Shown: positions 47,794-56,262, counted from the first letter of the stretch. The stretch is 64,000 bases of DNA from Patescibacteria group bacterium (GCA_039934415.1 JBDTME010000003.1:11821-75820), one strand, 5' to 3'. Translations and numbers: made by a program. The notes: generated by a model from the sequence alone, not told the origin.

Positions 47794-48066
47794 TTATTCT
47801 TGTGGGATAGTATTCAGACAAGAGTTATAAAAACGATCATTTGGCTCTTCTGTCGTGCGCTCCCAGTTTGCAGATTTTTCTGTATAAGTCGACTTACTAA
47901 CCTGAGCACAACCGAACACTCTTTGTTGTTTTTGAGAGACTTGTTGCATTTTAAAGTATTGACCCAAATTAGTTTGGATCAAAAATAACACCGCCAGAAC
48001 AACCCCAGCCCACACCAAAGTGCTGATGAGCTGAACAATAGAAGCTAGTGTCGTGTTCTGTTTCAT
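47794..48066 (-). CDS. Small single-TM hypothetical protein with two Cys
   Basis: ORF track 47794-48123; ATG at 48066 likelier; one TM, then C..C. Confidence 0.55.
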   Translation of the reverse strand: MKQNTTLASIVQLISTLVWAGVVLAVLFLIQTNLGQYFKMQQVSQKQQRVFGCAQVSKSTYTEKSANWERTTEEPNDRFYNSCLNTIPQE

Positions 48067-48138
48067 AATGAATTCGTAATAAAAAGTGACGCTCTTCAAT
48101 CTTTGATCTATTAAAAGATCCAAAACTCAAGAGCGTGC

Positions 48139-48167
48139 CCGCTCCCGGTCCTTTTGAAGGACTGAGG
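48139..48167 (-). terminator. Strong hairpin downstream of 48213-49313
   Basis: CCGCTCCC-GGTCCTT-TTG-AAGGACT-GA-GGGAGCGG. Confidence 0.55.
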
Positions 48168-48212
48168 GAGCGGACAGACAAGGTAATACAGGAAAAAAAT
48201 GGAGCAACGGGG

Positions 48213-49313
48213 TTAGCCGTTGCAAGAAAAAATTACGACACCGCCGTTATTCACGCCGTTCAGCGTCAACGGACCCATCGCCTGCCAAACGCCGTAACCG
48301 CCGGCGGTGCTGTCAATGGTCAACGGGCTAACACCTTGCGGTGCGCCCTTCGAACCCCAGTCGCGCCAGAAAACGGCGATCTGGGTGTCGGTGATGGTGA
48401 CAGTGCTGTCGTCGTTAGACAAGTAACGGCTGTCGTGCGTGGAATTTTCGCCCTTGAATGCGTCCATGAATTGGACCGCGTCTTCAGGGGAAAGACCAGC
48501 AATGTCGGTGACCAACACGTTGAATTCAGCACAGGCGGAACCGCCGCCCTGACCAAGCATTTCGGGTGTCTGGACGTAGGTCAACGCGACCCAACGCCCT
48601 CCGTCAACGGCGTCAAAGCTGATTGACAAGCCAGGAGCAACGGACCAGACGCCCCATTGTCCTGAAACTGCAACGCGCTCAGCGTTAGCCGGCACGTTAC
48701 TGCCTTTGTGAAAGTCGGTCCAAAAAATCGCAGGACCAACGATGGTGACGTTATCACCTTTATTCCAGCCGCCAACGGACCCTGGGAAATTCCCCTGACC
48801 GCTTTTTAGATCGAAACGAGTGTTCAACCACCCCAAGCTTTCGCCCACGGGGTCATTTGTTTCTGCTGTTGCCAACGCCTCAAAGTACGAGGCGAAATCG
48901 AACACCAGCACTTGTCCATCAACATCCAGTGTGGGCAGCGTGGTCGGTTGAGCATTCCACTCACGGCTTTCGCCGTCCCATAACTGAACGTACAAACCCG
49001 AGGCGCCTAGCCCCCAAACTTGCCCTTCAGGGACGACGACGATCTCGACCAGCTTGATAACATCACCGACGTTAAGATCGCCGGCGTCGTTTGATTCGGG
49101 GTCCGCAAAGTTGCGGATGTTCACGTTGTAGGTGATGACCCACTCTCCAGCCAATTCGGGCCACGTTTCCGTGGTAGATAAGGTTGTCCCATCCACAACT
49201 TTTGACCCATCGGGGGTCGGGGTTGAGTTTGCGCCGTCGCGCGCTGAAACAGTTGTAACCAGTGTCATCGCCACCATGGCGACCAAGACTAACAAACTGC
49301 GGAACTTGTACAT
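48213..49313 (-). CDS. Secreted protein with SH3b-like domain and duplicated W-rich C-terminal module
   Basis: Signal peptide; NVNIRNFADPESNDAGDLNVGDVI...VWG; AIFWTDF..GQWGVW and AVFWRDW..GGYGVW; SD GAGGTG. Confidence 0.7.
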   Translation of the reverse strand: MYKFRSLLVLVAMVAMTLVTTVSARDGANSTPTPDGSKVVDGTTLSTTETWPELAGEWVITYNVNIRNFADPESNDAGDLNVGDVIKLVEIVVVPEGQVWGLGASGLYVQLWDGESREWNAQPTTLPTLDVDGQVLVFDFASYFEALATAETNDPVGESLGWLNTRFDLKSGQGNFPGSVGGWNKGDNVTIVGPAIFWTDFHKGSNVPANAERVAVSGQWGVWSVAPGLSISFDAVDGGRWVALTYVQTPEMLGQGGGSACAEFNVLVTDIAGLSPEDAVQFMDAFKGENSTHDSRYLSNDDSTVTITDTQIAVFWRDWGSKGAPQGVSPLTIDSTAGGYGVWQAMGPLTLNGVNNGGVVIFSCNG

Positions 49314-49320
49314 GTGTACA

Positions 49321-49459
49321 CCTCGATAGATAGAATTTACGATTCTGCCATTTCATTCCCTTTCGGGTGGGCGACAAACCGATCTAGGGTGCTGTTTCTC
49401 TTAAGCATCCCACATCGGTTTGTCGGTCCTGAAAATGGTATTCGTAACTATCTTGGAGG
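49321..49459 (-). ncRNA. Candidate structured 5' leader, copy A
   Basis: Nested stems (+ strand) GATAG/CTATC, TTACGA/TCGTAA, GCCATTT/AAATGGT, CGACAAACCGAT/ATCGGTTTGTCG; homologous to 51372-51542. Confidence 0.6.
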
Positions 49460-49541
49460 AACTTTTTTTTTCGTCGAGTCGAGGGAAAGGAGAATGAGAT
49501 TTTTGTTGACTTTTTCCCTCATTCTGAGTTATAATTTCTGT

Positions 49542-49591
49542 ATTAAACTCTCGGCCCGTAGTTCATATACTACACTTGCGGAGAGTTTTTT
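49542..49591 (+). ncRNA. Candidate ~50-nt small RNA convergent with the 138-aa gene
   Basis: TTGACT (49506), 18 nt, TATAAT (49530); AAACTCTC...GAGAGTTT stem ending in T-tract; inner GTAG/CTAC stem. Confidence 0.4.
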
Positions 49592-50006
49592 ATTTCCAGG
49601 GAAAAACTGACAAGAATTGCAGACTCTTACCTGTATCTTTTATCTGTAGAACAAAGACATTTTTCTTAGTTGTGAGTCCATAAAAGCGATACAATATTTC
49701 ACTAGATTTATTAGGATTTATTTTTTGACTAGGAACTAGAGTAGTATTTTTTATCAGTTCAATTGCGCAACTGACTAATTTCAGTCTTACCAACCTTTGT
49801 TTTTTTGGTTTTTGAAAAATATGATCCCAAAAGTAATCAAAAAAAACTTTTCTTTTCCTAAAGTATCTGGATCGGATACTCATCTTTCTTTTTGTTTTTC
49901 CTTTTAAGATTAAGAAAAACTGATCGACCTCTTTTTTTACTTCTTCATAACTACTACCACTTAATAATAAACTTTTTACTTTCCAATACTGTATTTCATC
50001 TCTCAT
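49590..50006 (-). CDS. Basic hypothetical protein, possibly RelE/BECR-fold
   Basis: 138 aa, K/R-rich; helix plus C-terminal beta meander ILYRFYG..FVLQIKD..QFLSVFP; leaderless promoter. Confidence 0.65.
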   Translation of the reverse strand: MRDEIQYWKVKSLLLSGSSYEEVKKEVDQFFLILKGKTKRKMSIRSRYFRKRKVFFDYFWDHIFQKPKKQRLVRLKLVSCAIELIKNTTLVPSQKINPNKSSEILYRFYGLTTKKNVFVLQIKDTGKSLQFLSVFPWK

Positions 50007-50012
50007 GTAAGT

Positions 50013-50045
50013 ATTCTAAAGGGGGCTTCTTACAAGAAGATGACA
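50013..50045 (-). promoter_or_regulatory. Second copy of the 19-bp TGTCATCTTCTTGTAAGAA box, 8 nt, -10 TAGAAT
   Basis: Box 50045-50027, -10 50018-50013, ATG 50006; same geometry as comEA. Confidence 0.7.
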
Positions 50046-50349
50046 TTCCAATTCTGCCTCTTCCTAGACTCGACGAATTATTCTCATTTTTTAAATGAGA
50101 TTTTTCCTGTATGCCTTGTTAAAGATCTCTCCTGCGTGAAGCGGCGGAGAGCAAGCTCTCTTATGCCTTACGCTGGAGTAATAAGTATCGAGTAAGACAA
50201 GAAACCACGCAAAGTGGCACATGCCTTACTTGATGCCGGTATTTTAGCATAAAAAGACACAAAATGCAATGCTATGGGACTAAATATGGTAGATTAGAGT
50301 AATTGAGTTGTTAGGAAAAAAGAGGAATGTGGAACTTATGTTAAGGTGG

Positions 50350-50418
50350 TTTTCCTTAAACCTTCGAGTATCAACTCCAAGGTTAAAGGAAAAGGGCGAC
50401 CTCGTGAGTCGCCCTTTG
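50350..50418 (-). terminator. Tandem hairpins downstream of 50460-51368
   Basis: AAAGGGCGAC-CTCGTGA-GTCGCCCTTT and TTTTCCTTAAACCTT..AAGGTTAAAGGAAAA. Confidence 0.55.
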
Positions 50419-50459
50419 TGACAAAGTCATATGTTTTGGCCTTTCGGCCTATTAAATTT

Positions 50460-51368
50460 TTATCCACGCCTAAACGGCGTGGATGTTGTTGTTGCCGTCG
50501 GCACCTGTGAAGGCGCCATGACGGTTGGCACTACCAGTGTCCCGACCTCCCGGGTGGGAGTCGGGTCCTCTGGTGTTGATGTTGCCGTGGCGCGTTCTGG
50601 AACGTTTGTGAAGTCGCAGATATCTGAAGTAATCCACCACTGTCCGAATCCGCTAAGATTTTTACCAGCAACCAGGATTTTAATCCACCTCCCACTTTTC
50701 TCAACTGGGATGATCTGGCTGCCTGCCATAATTTTGATATCGGACGCTGGTGCATTTATTCCCAGATGAACCACCGCGTCTTTGTTCAAAGTGCACGCGG
50801 TTGATGGTACTTGCGTCGGCACCTGTGAAGGCGCGACTGTTGTGACGACAATTACCGGATTTGGCGTTTCTGTTGCAAAAACGCTTGTACCACCATTGAA
50901 CATCGCGGTCACTGTAGCATTTGCTTCGTCCATCACTTTAGTTGTTTCCGCTTGCGCGGTCCCAACTACACTGTTTGCCTGGGCATTGACCTCAGTTTGC
51001 TGCGCTGACTGTGTCGCAAAATCAACTGTCGCTTGGAGGGCGACAATTGTCGCATCCTCCGAATTGAAAGTTGCTGTAGCTGTCGGTTGCAGCGGGATGG
51101 CGGTCATTGTTGCGACCGCACCCTGTGCTGCCTGAGCCTGCTCTTCGGGAGTAAGGGGCTTAATCTGGCTGATTGCCAGAAAAAAACCACTACCTACCAA
51201 AGCTACAAACACAATCGCCAAAATCCTTTTCCAGTTCCAGTTTAGGCGACGTGGGCGGCTGCTAACCGCAACCGGTGTGCGGCGCGAGGGAGTGACATCG
51301 GCTTCACCTTCTTCGTGTTCGACAACATCTTTTTCGTACATTCTGTCGAGTTGCGGTAACTTGGACAT
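50460..51368 (-). CDS. Single-TM protein with A/T/P-rich stalk and SH3-like domain
   Basis: Start MSKL after AGGAGAG; TM ILAIVFVALVGSGFFLAI; ATATF repeats; C..VVHLG..AGSQIIPVEKSGRWIKI..WWITSDIC. Confidence 0.7.
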   Translation of the reverse strand: MSKLPQLDRMYEKDVVEHEEGEADVTPSRRTPVAVSSRPRRLNWNWKRILAIVFVALVGSGFFLAISQIKPLTPEEQAQAAQGAVATMTAIPLQPTATATFNSEDATIVALQATVDFATQSAQQTEVNAQANSVVGTAQAETTKVMDEANATVTAMFNGGTSVFATETPNPVIVVTTVAPSQVPTQVPSTACTLNKDAVVHLGINAPASDIKIMAGSQIIPVEKSGRWIKILVAGKNLSGFGQWWITSDICDFTNVPERATATSTPEDPTPTREVGTLVVPTVMAPSQVPTATTTSTPFRRG

Positions 51369-51371
51369 CTT

Positions 51372-51542
51372 GATACTCTCCTGAGTTTTTGGGAGCGGAA
51401 TGCTCCCATAAGCGAACAAATTGATTCGCAGCCGTTTCCCTTTTTCAGGGGGTCCGGCTGACCGAGCATCATACTATCTATATATAAATATGATCGTCGG
51501 TCAGTCGAACGTTGAAACGGTGCTTACTCATGTAGGAGAATC
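51372..51542 (-). ncRNA. Candidate structured 5' leader, copy B
   Basis: Stems (+ strand) TCTCCT/AGGAGA, TGAGT/ACTCA, TGGGAGC/GCTCCCA, GCCGTTTC/GAAACGGT, CGGCTGACCGA/TCGGTCAGTCG, ATCATA/TATGAT. Confidence 0.6.
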
Positions 51543-51893
51543 GCGATGCACAACAATAGAACACAAAACTAGTTTGTTATAAACATATGACTTGTTAATG
51601 TTCGTCTACGCTTTTGCCTTGGCTTTCGTAATGAAAGAAAGGGTGAAACGCGGACAATATTTTCTGCAAGAGTGTCGCTGTTTGAGGACAAGTCCTCATG
51701 AGCGACAGGTTTCAAGCAGAGAAGTGGGTCGAAGTCTTCGGCCAATTTCTCTACTGGCATGCGTTTACAGATTAACTTTTTAAGGGGTTTATTATACCAC
51801 AAAAAGCCGCCAATTTCAAGTTATAGGATAGTTACCTGGCCTTTTGGTCTGTCTCTATTTCTGGTTTTATTAGGCATTAAGCGCTTCAGAACC

Positions 51894-51920
51894 AAAAACC
51901 CCTCCAATTTGGAGGGGTCT
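51894..51920 (-). terminator. Intrinsic terminator after 51964-52254
   Basis: Minus strand ACCCCTCCAAATTGGAGGGG-TTTTT. Confidence 0.7.
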
Positions 51921-51963
51921 ATAAATCGATGTAAAAATGCTCAAACGAGCACTTTTTGAACTC

Positions 51964-52254
51964 TTAGGCGTTGACCTTTGAATAGGTGTATCCAGCGGCT
52001 GAGAGAACGAACAAGGCTGCGACTGCAAACACGATGTTGTCACCTAAACCAGCGGCAATTGGAGGATGAACCTTCTCAACTGGGACATTTTTACAGGTTT
52101 GTTGTCCATACGCACCAGTTGTACACTCTTCTCGAGTGACTGGGGTAGGAGTAGGTGTTGCTGAAGCTCCATCTGCAAAAGCAGTGGTAGCACTCAGGAA
52201 CAAGGCAACTAAACTGATCCCTGTAGCAATGACTGTTTTATAGGTTGTATTCAT
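51964..52254 (-). CDS. Small secreted protein with C-terminal sorting-signal-like tail
   Basis: Signal peptide ending AFA; ECTTGAYGQQTC; HPPIAAGL, TM, short K tail; upstream TTGACA..TACAAT promoter. Confidence 0.75.
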   Translation of the reverse strand: MNTTYKTVIATGISLVALFLSATTAFADGASATPTPTPVTREECTTGAYGQQTCKNVPVEKVHPPIAAGLGDNIVFAVAALFVLSAAGYTYSKVNA

Positions 52255-52398
52255 ACTTTTCCCTTCGCCGTTAGCGAGGCATGCTTTGCTGCGACTGATT
52301 CGTGTAATACCGTTTGTTTGGCAGCTAAAGTGATGGGAGGATTGTAACACCAAAAAAACATTCTGTCAACAGTTATGGGATAGTCTGAGGTGAGCGGG

Positions 52399-53742
52399 TT
52401 ATTTGAGCTGGATGCCGTAAATGTTGACTGGGCTGGCAGCGGGCTGATTAAAAGAGGTCATAATCAGCAGCTTGTTTCCATTTGACCAAGGGTAGACGAA
52501 CGAAGGGACAAATGGGCCGGAATACACAGTGATCTCATTGGTTGCGTCGTACTCCAAAATCGAGATGTTATTCGGTTGGATGCGGATGAGGTGTTTAGAG
52601 TCGGGATACCACTGGAAACTCCCTGAGAAAAGGCCAGAGTGATACACGCGGAAGTTCTGAGCGAGTTGGGCACTATCACTTGCCTGAAGATGCTTGAATG
52701 CATTTGGATTATCTTCGAGTGCTATCGGGTCTCGATACAAGTCTGTCGCCAAGAGCTGTTTGCTGACAGAGGGGATGACCCCTGGTGCAGCAATCAAGAA
52801 GTTTCGGTCTTCTTTTCGATCATACACATACGCATTTCCAGGCTTGAGCAAGCGTTCCTCGGGTTGAGAACTCGCGGCGGGTTGTGGGGGCAACAAGCCA
52901 GCACTGATCTGGGCTGAAGCGGTTGCAATATAGAGCATTTTCTCTTGATCTGGTGAGAAATAAACGTTCGTAGCACTTGAGGTGGCAATCTGAACTATCT
53001 CTGGTGGGAATTTTGTCAAAATCTGTCGTTCTTTGAGATACATTTCCTCTTCCCAGCTCGAGTATGTGCTTTTTGCCCTCAAACTGACGTCGCTCATAGT
53101 ATCGAGGTTATTGAGCTTAGTGATATCAAGGAGCAAGTGTGTGCTGCCATTTGTCACCATCAGCTCATAACTATCTGGTGACCAGATTAGGCTTGCTTTG
53201 CTCAGGTCAATATATTTACTATTGGTTGAAATTTGGTGGGAACCGCGTTGCAGAGAGAGTGGACTGGTATCACTTAAATCGACCAGATAAAGACCATTTT
53301 TGGCTTCAGCAGAGGCGGACGCCGTGAAATATACCAGTTTTTGACCATCTGGAGCCGGAACAACATTTTGAACACCCGTGAAGGTAATCGGGCTCAAAGA
53401 GGGAACGGATGGGAAAAGTAGTGCATCTGTCTGGGTGACGAGCTCTTTTTCGATTCTCAGATTTTTCTGCCAAGTGCTGTATCCGTCTTTACGAATTTCT
53501 ATTTGGTAATCTCCAGGATCGAGGTTAAGTTTGTCATCAGTGGCTGTTGTGAGTTTGCCATTAATAAAGACTTGTGCGGCAGTAGGAAAGGAGTTGGCGT
53601 CGAGTAAACCTGTCTCGCGGAGAGTGCCACCAGAAGTGGGGCGTTGACCTTTAGCATATCGAATCGCAAATAGAGTCCCAACGATGATCACAGCCGCGGA
53701 AAAAAAGGTAAAAGCAACTCGTGTATTAACGCGTTTGGGCAT
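52399..53742 (-). CDS. PEGA-domain membrane protein with TolB-like beta-propeller segments
   Basis: GLLDANSFPTAAQVFING..LDPGDYQIEIRKDGYSTW; APDGQKL, WSPD, FSPD, WYPDS. Confidence 0.85.
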   Translation of the reverse strand: MPKRVNTRVAFTFFSAAVIIVGTLFAIRYAKGQRPTSGGTLRETGLLDANSFPTAAQVFINGKLTTATDDKLNLDPGDYQIEIRKDGYSTWQKNLRIEKELVTQTDALLFPSVPSLSPITFTGVQNVVPAPDGQKLVYFTASASAEAKNGLYLVDLSDTSPLSLQRGSHQISTNSKYIDLSKASLIWSPDSYELMVTNGSTHLLLDITKLNNLDTMSDVSLRAKSTYSSWEEEMYLKERQILTKFPPEIVQIATSSATNVYFSPDQEKMLYIATASAQISAGLLPPQPAASSQPEERLLKPGNAYVYDRKEDRNFLIAAPGVIPSVSKQLLATDLYRDPIALEDNPNAFKHLQASDSAQLAQNFRVYHSGLFSGSFQWYPDSKHLIRIQPNNISILEYDATNEITVYSGPFVPSFVYPWSNGNKLLIMTSFNQPAASPVNIYGIQLK

Positions 53743-53822
53743 GCACGAATTATACCTTTTTTCTGAGTGACAATCGACTAGTATTTAAAATATTTCAGAA
53801 TCAGATATTGTATACTCCAAGT

Positions 53823-54875
53823 ATGATTCGATATATTGTCCCCAAGATAAAACAAGTTCAGCGGTTATTTGATACATCTCTTGGTCTGGATTTGGGCACG
53901 AGTTTTCTGCGAGTCTGGCAAAGCAGTGGCGTCATCCAAAGTTTTCCGCACATCTTGGCCGTTGATCGCAATCAGCAGAAAGTGATCGCTTTTGGTCAAG
54001 AGGCCAAAGAGATGGTGGGAAAAGTTCCTGAGCACATCGCTATTTTGCAACCATTTCAGCGTGGGGTTATCTCACTGTTTACCGTTAGCAAAAGTTTGTA
54101 TCAATATTTATTTCACCGTTTTTTGGGCAAGTTTTTTTTGTTCAAACCGTTGATCATGGCCAGTGTCGCTTCAGATGCCACGCCGATCGAGCGGCAGGCA
54201 GTATCAGAAGCACTATTTGCTGCGGGTGCTCGCCAAGTGTATCTCATTGATTCACCACTCGCTGCAGCGATTGGTGCTGGTATTCCAGTTGCGCAATCGA
54301 ATGGCAATATTGTCGTCCACATCGGGGCTGGCATGACTGAAATTGCAGTGATTTCATTGGGAAGTATTGTGATGATGAAAAGCATCCGTATGGGAGGGAA
54401 TGATTTTGATCGGGTAATTGCTCATCAAATCCGTAAAAATTACGGGGTCTCGATTAGTTTAGATACTGCTCAGTACATTAAAGAGAACTTGCTCGACTTG
54501 CGACGATCACAACTCAAAAAAACGATTCAGATTAAAGCAAAAGATTTGGTAACCGGTCATCCTAAGGAACTACTTGTTGAAGCGGATAAAGTCCTGTCAT
54601 CACTAGAAAAACCACTCAAGTCCATCACCCAAGCCCTCCAAGAATTTTTAGAAGAAATTCCAGCGGAACTCGCCAGTGACGTAATCGACAAAGGTGTCAT
54701 TTTGACAGGTGGAGGAGCAAAGTTACTAGGTTTCGATTTTTGTTTGACCCAAGTGATTGGCGTGCCCGTATCTCTGAGTGAGCATGCTGAACTCTGCGTC
54801 ATTCATGGCATCGAGTTGGCACTTCAACACTTAGATCTGTATAAACAATCATTGGCGTTTGAAAGCATGGGGTAG
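53823..54875 (+). CDS. mreB: MreB/Mbl family rod-shape protein (divergent paralogue)
   Basis: GLDLGTS, PFQRGVI, PLAAAIGAG, GGNDFD, PAELASDVIDKGVILTGGGA; start at ATG 6 nt after TATACT. Confidence 0.85.
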   Translation: MIRYIVPKIKQVQRLFDTSLGLDLGTSFLRVWQSSGVIQSFPHILAVDRNQQKVIAFGQEAKEMVGKVPEHIAILQPFQRGVISLFTVSKSLYQYLFHRFLGKFFLFKPLIMASVASDATPIERQAVSEALFAAGARQVYLIDSPLAAAIGAGIPVAQSNGNIVVHIGAGMTEIAVISLGSIVMMKSIRMGGNDFDRVIAHQIRKNYGVSISLDTAQYIKENLLDLRRSQLKKTIQIKAKDLVTGHPKELLVEADKVLSSLEKPLKSITQALQEFLEEIPAELASDVIDKGVILTGGGAKLLGFDFCLTQVIGVPVSLSEHAELCVIHGIELALQHLDLYKQSLAFESMG

Positions 54876-54940
54876 GAGAGGGAGTAGTTTTCTCGTTGCA
54901 GATTTCGTGTGCTTTCAGGTTCGCTGTATAATCTCCACAG

Positions 54941-55720
54941 ATGAAAAAATTCGAACCTATTTCCTATTTCCATCAAACACTTTTTGAGTTGCCATTTTTC
55001 GCGACGACTAAACAAGACGCGGTTTTATTCATTCAGAAATCAATAGGTGATGGTGATTTCTTAGCAATTGCGACTCCAAATCCTGAGCAGATTGTTCAGG
55101 CTTCCCAAGATCCTGAATTTAAAACAGCACTCACCAAGTTTGATCTATTTCTACCGGATGGTCAGGGGATTGTGTGGGCGTCAAAAATATTACGTCGGCC
55201 TTTATCAGAAAGAATTGCCGGTGTAGATGTCGTAGAAGAGTTGGTAAAAGAGATGGAGCAAAAAAAACAAACTGGGCTTATTGTGGGAGGGAGAGGATAT
55301 CAAGAAAGTATTTCAGCTGGTCAACCTTTAAAAGAAAAATGTGTTGAGATTACGGTTGGAGACACCAAACTTACTTGGTTCCGAGATTTTAACCGTGACG
55401 AAGTTGCCGATTCCCAGGATGTTTTGACTTGCGTTCAGAAAAATAAACCGACGTTTGTGTTTGTAGCGCTTGGTGCACCGTACCAAGAAGAGTGGGTATC
55501 TCAACATCGTGAGGCTTTGCAGAAAGCCGGTGTAAAGTGCGTAATGGTCGTAGGCGGAGCGTTTGATGTATTGACCGGTAAAGTTCAGCGAGCACCTGAT
55601 TTGATCCAACACATTGGCTTTGAGTGGGGCTGGCGACTGCTTCAACAACCTTGGCGATGGAGAAGACAACTGCGACTCATTGAATTTGTGAAATTAGTAC
55701 TTCAGCAAGTGGATAAATAA
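54941..55720 (+). CDS. WecB/TagA/CpsF (GT26) glycosyltransferase
   Basis: TPNPE, PDGQG, RIAGVD, VALGAPYQE, VGGAFD, RAP, EWGWRLLQQPWR. Confidence 0.93.
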   Translation: MKKFEPISYFHQTLFELPFFATTKQDAVLFIQKSIGDGDFLAIATPNPEQIVQASQDPEFKTALTKFDLFLPDGQGIVWASKILRRPLSERIAGVDVVEELVKEMEQKKQTGLIVGGRGYQESISAGQPLKEKCVEITVGDTKLTWFRDFNRDEVADSQDVLTCVQKNKPTFVFVALGAPYQEEWVSQHREALQKAGVKCVMVVGGAFDVLTGKVQRAPDLIQHIGFEWGWRLLQQPWRWRRQLRLIEFVKLVLQQVDK

Positions 55721-55728
55721 GCCTAATC

Positions 55729-55977
55729 TTACTCGTTATCTTCTTCTGTGATTCCTAGAAGCCAGAGGACGGCTTCTTTTTTGTAGCGGCGATCACCGCG
55801 TGAGTTGATGCGAATGGCTTGGAGTTTGCCTCGTTTGCCCCAGCGTTTGATGGTGAGAGGAGAGACGCGCAATAGTTCAGCAACTTCTCGGACAGTGAGT
55901 AAATCTGGCAAGTTTTTAATGTCGAGATTCATCGATGGTTTTTTGGCTTTAGGAGTGTCTGAGATAACTGAGGTCAT
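55729..55977 (-). CDS. Small MerR-like/excisionase-type HTH (HTH_17, BldC-like) DNA-binding protein
   Basis: LLTVREVAELLRVSPLTIKRWGKRGKLQAIRINSRGDRRY. Confidence 0.9.
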   Translation of the reverse strand: MTSVISDTPKAKKPSMNLDIKNLPDLLTVREVAELLRVSPLTIKRWGKRGKLQAIRINSRGDRRYKKEAVLWLLGITEEDNE

Positions 55978-56096
55978 GATGTCCTTCTTCGGTTTATTTC
56001 TGTTGCTATGTGATTCTAATTCGTCCTAAGAGTAGCAGAGTGAGCGAAAGTATGTCAATGGTCTGTTCGGCACAATTTTCACAGTTGTTTCTATTA

Positions 56097-56175
56097 CACT
56101 GTAAAAATAGCCTAAATTTAGCCAATAAATTAGGCTAATTCTAGTCCAATCCTAGTACACTTTTATAAGTGAGCG
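56097..56175. repeat. ~80-bp element with five phased TAG-core direct repeats, copy 1
   Basis: CACTGTAAAA; cores at 56108, 56119, 56131, 56142, 56153; ends TTTTATAAGTGAGCG. Confidence 0.75.
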
Positions 56176-56214
56176 AGGAATTAGTGACTAAAAAAGTAAT
56201 GCCAAGACTGAACC

Positions 56215-56242
56215 AAAAACTCCCACTTTCGTGGGAGTTTTT
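56215..56242 (-). terminator. Bidirectional intrinsic terminator after rplL
   Basis: AAAAACTCCCAC-TTTC-GTGGGAGTTTTT. Confidence 0.85.
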
Positions 56243-56262
56243 ATATTCGAATTAAAAAAGAA

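Noticed and set aside
48135-48626. 163-aa plus-strand ORF
   Set aside because: Antisense shadow of the GC-rich 366-aa gene, which has a signal peptide and SD
50190-50225. c-di-GMP-I riboswitch (ACGCAAAG motif)
   Set aside because: Lacks the GGCAAACC..GAAA P2 hairpin and P1 context
55729-55977. Excisionase of a mobile element
   Set aside because: No integrase adjacent; flanked by housekeeping genes
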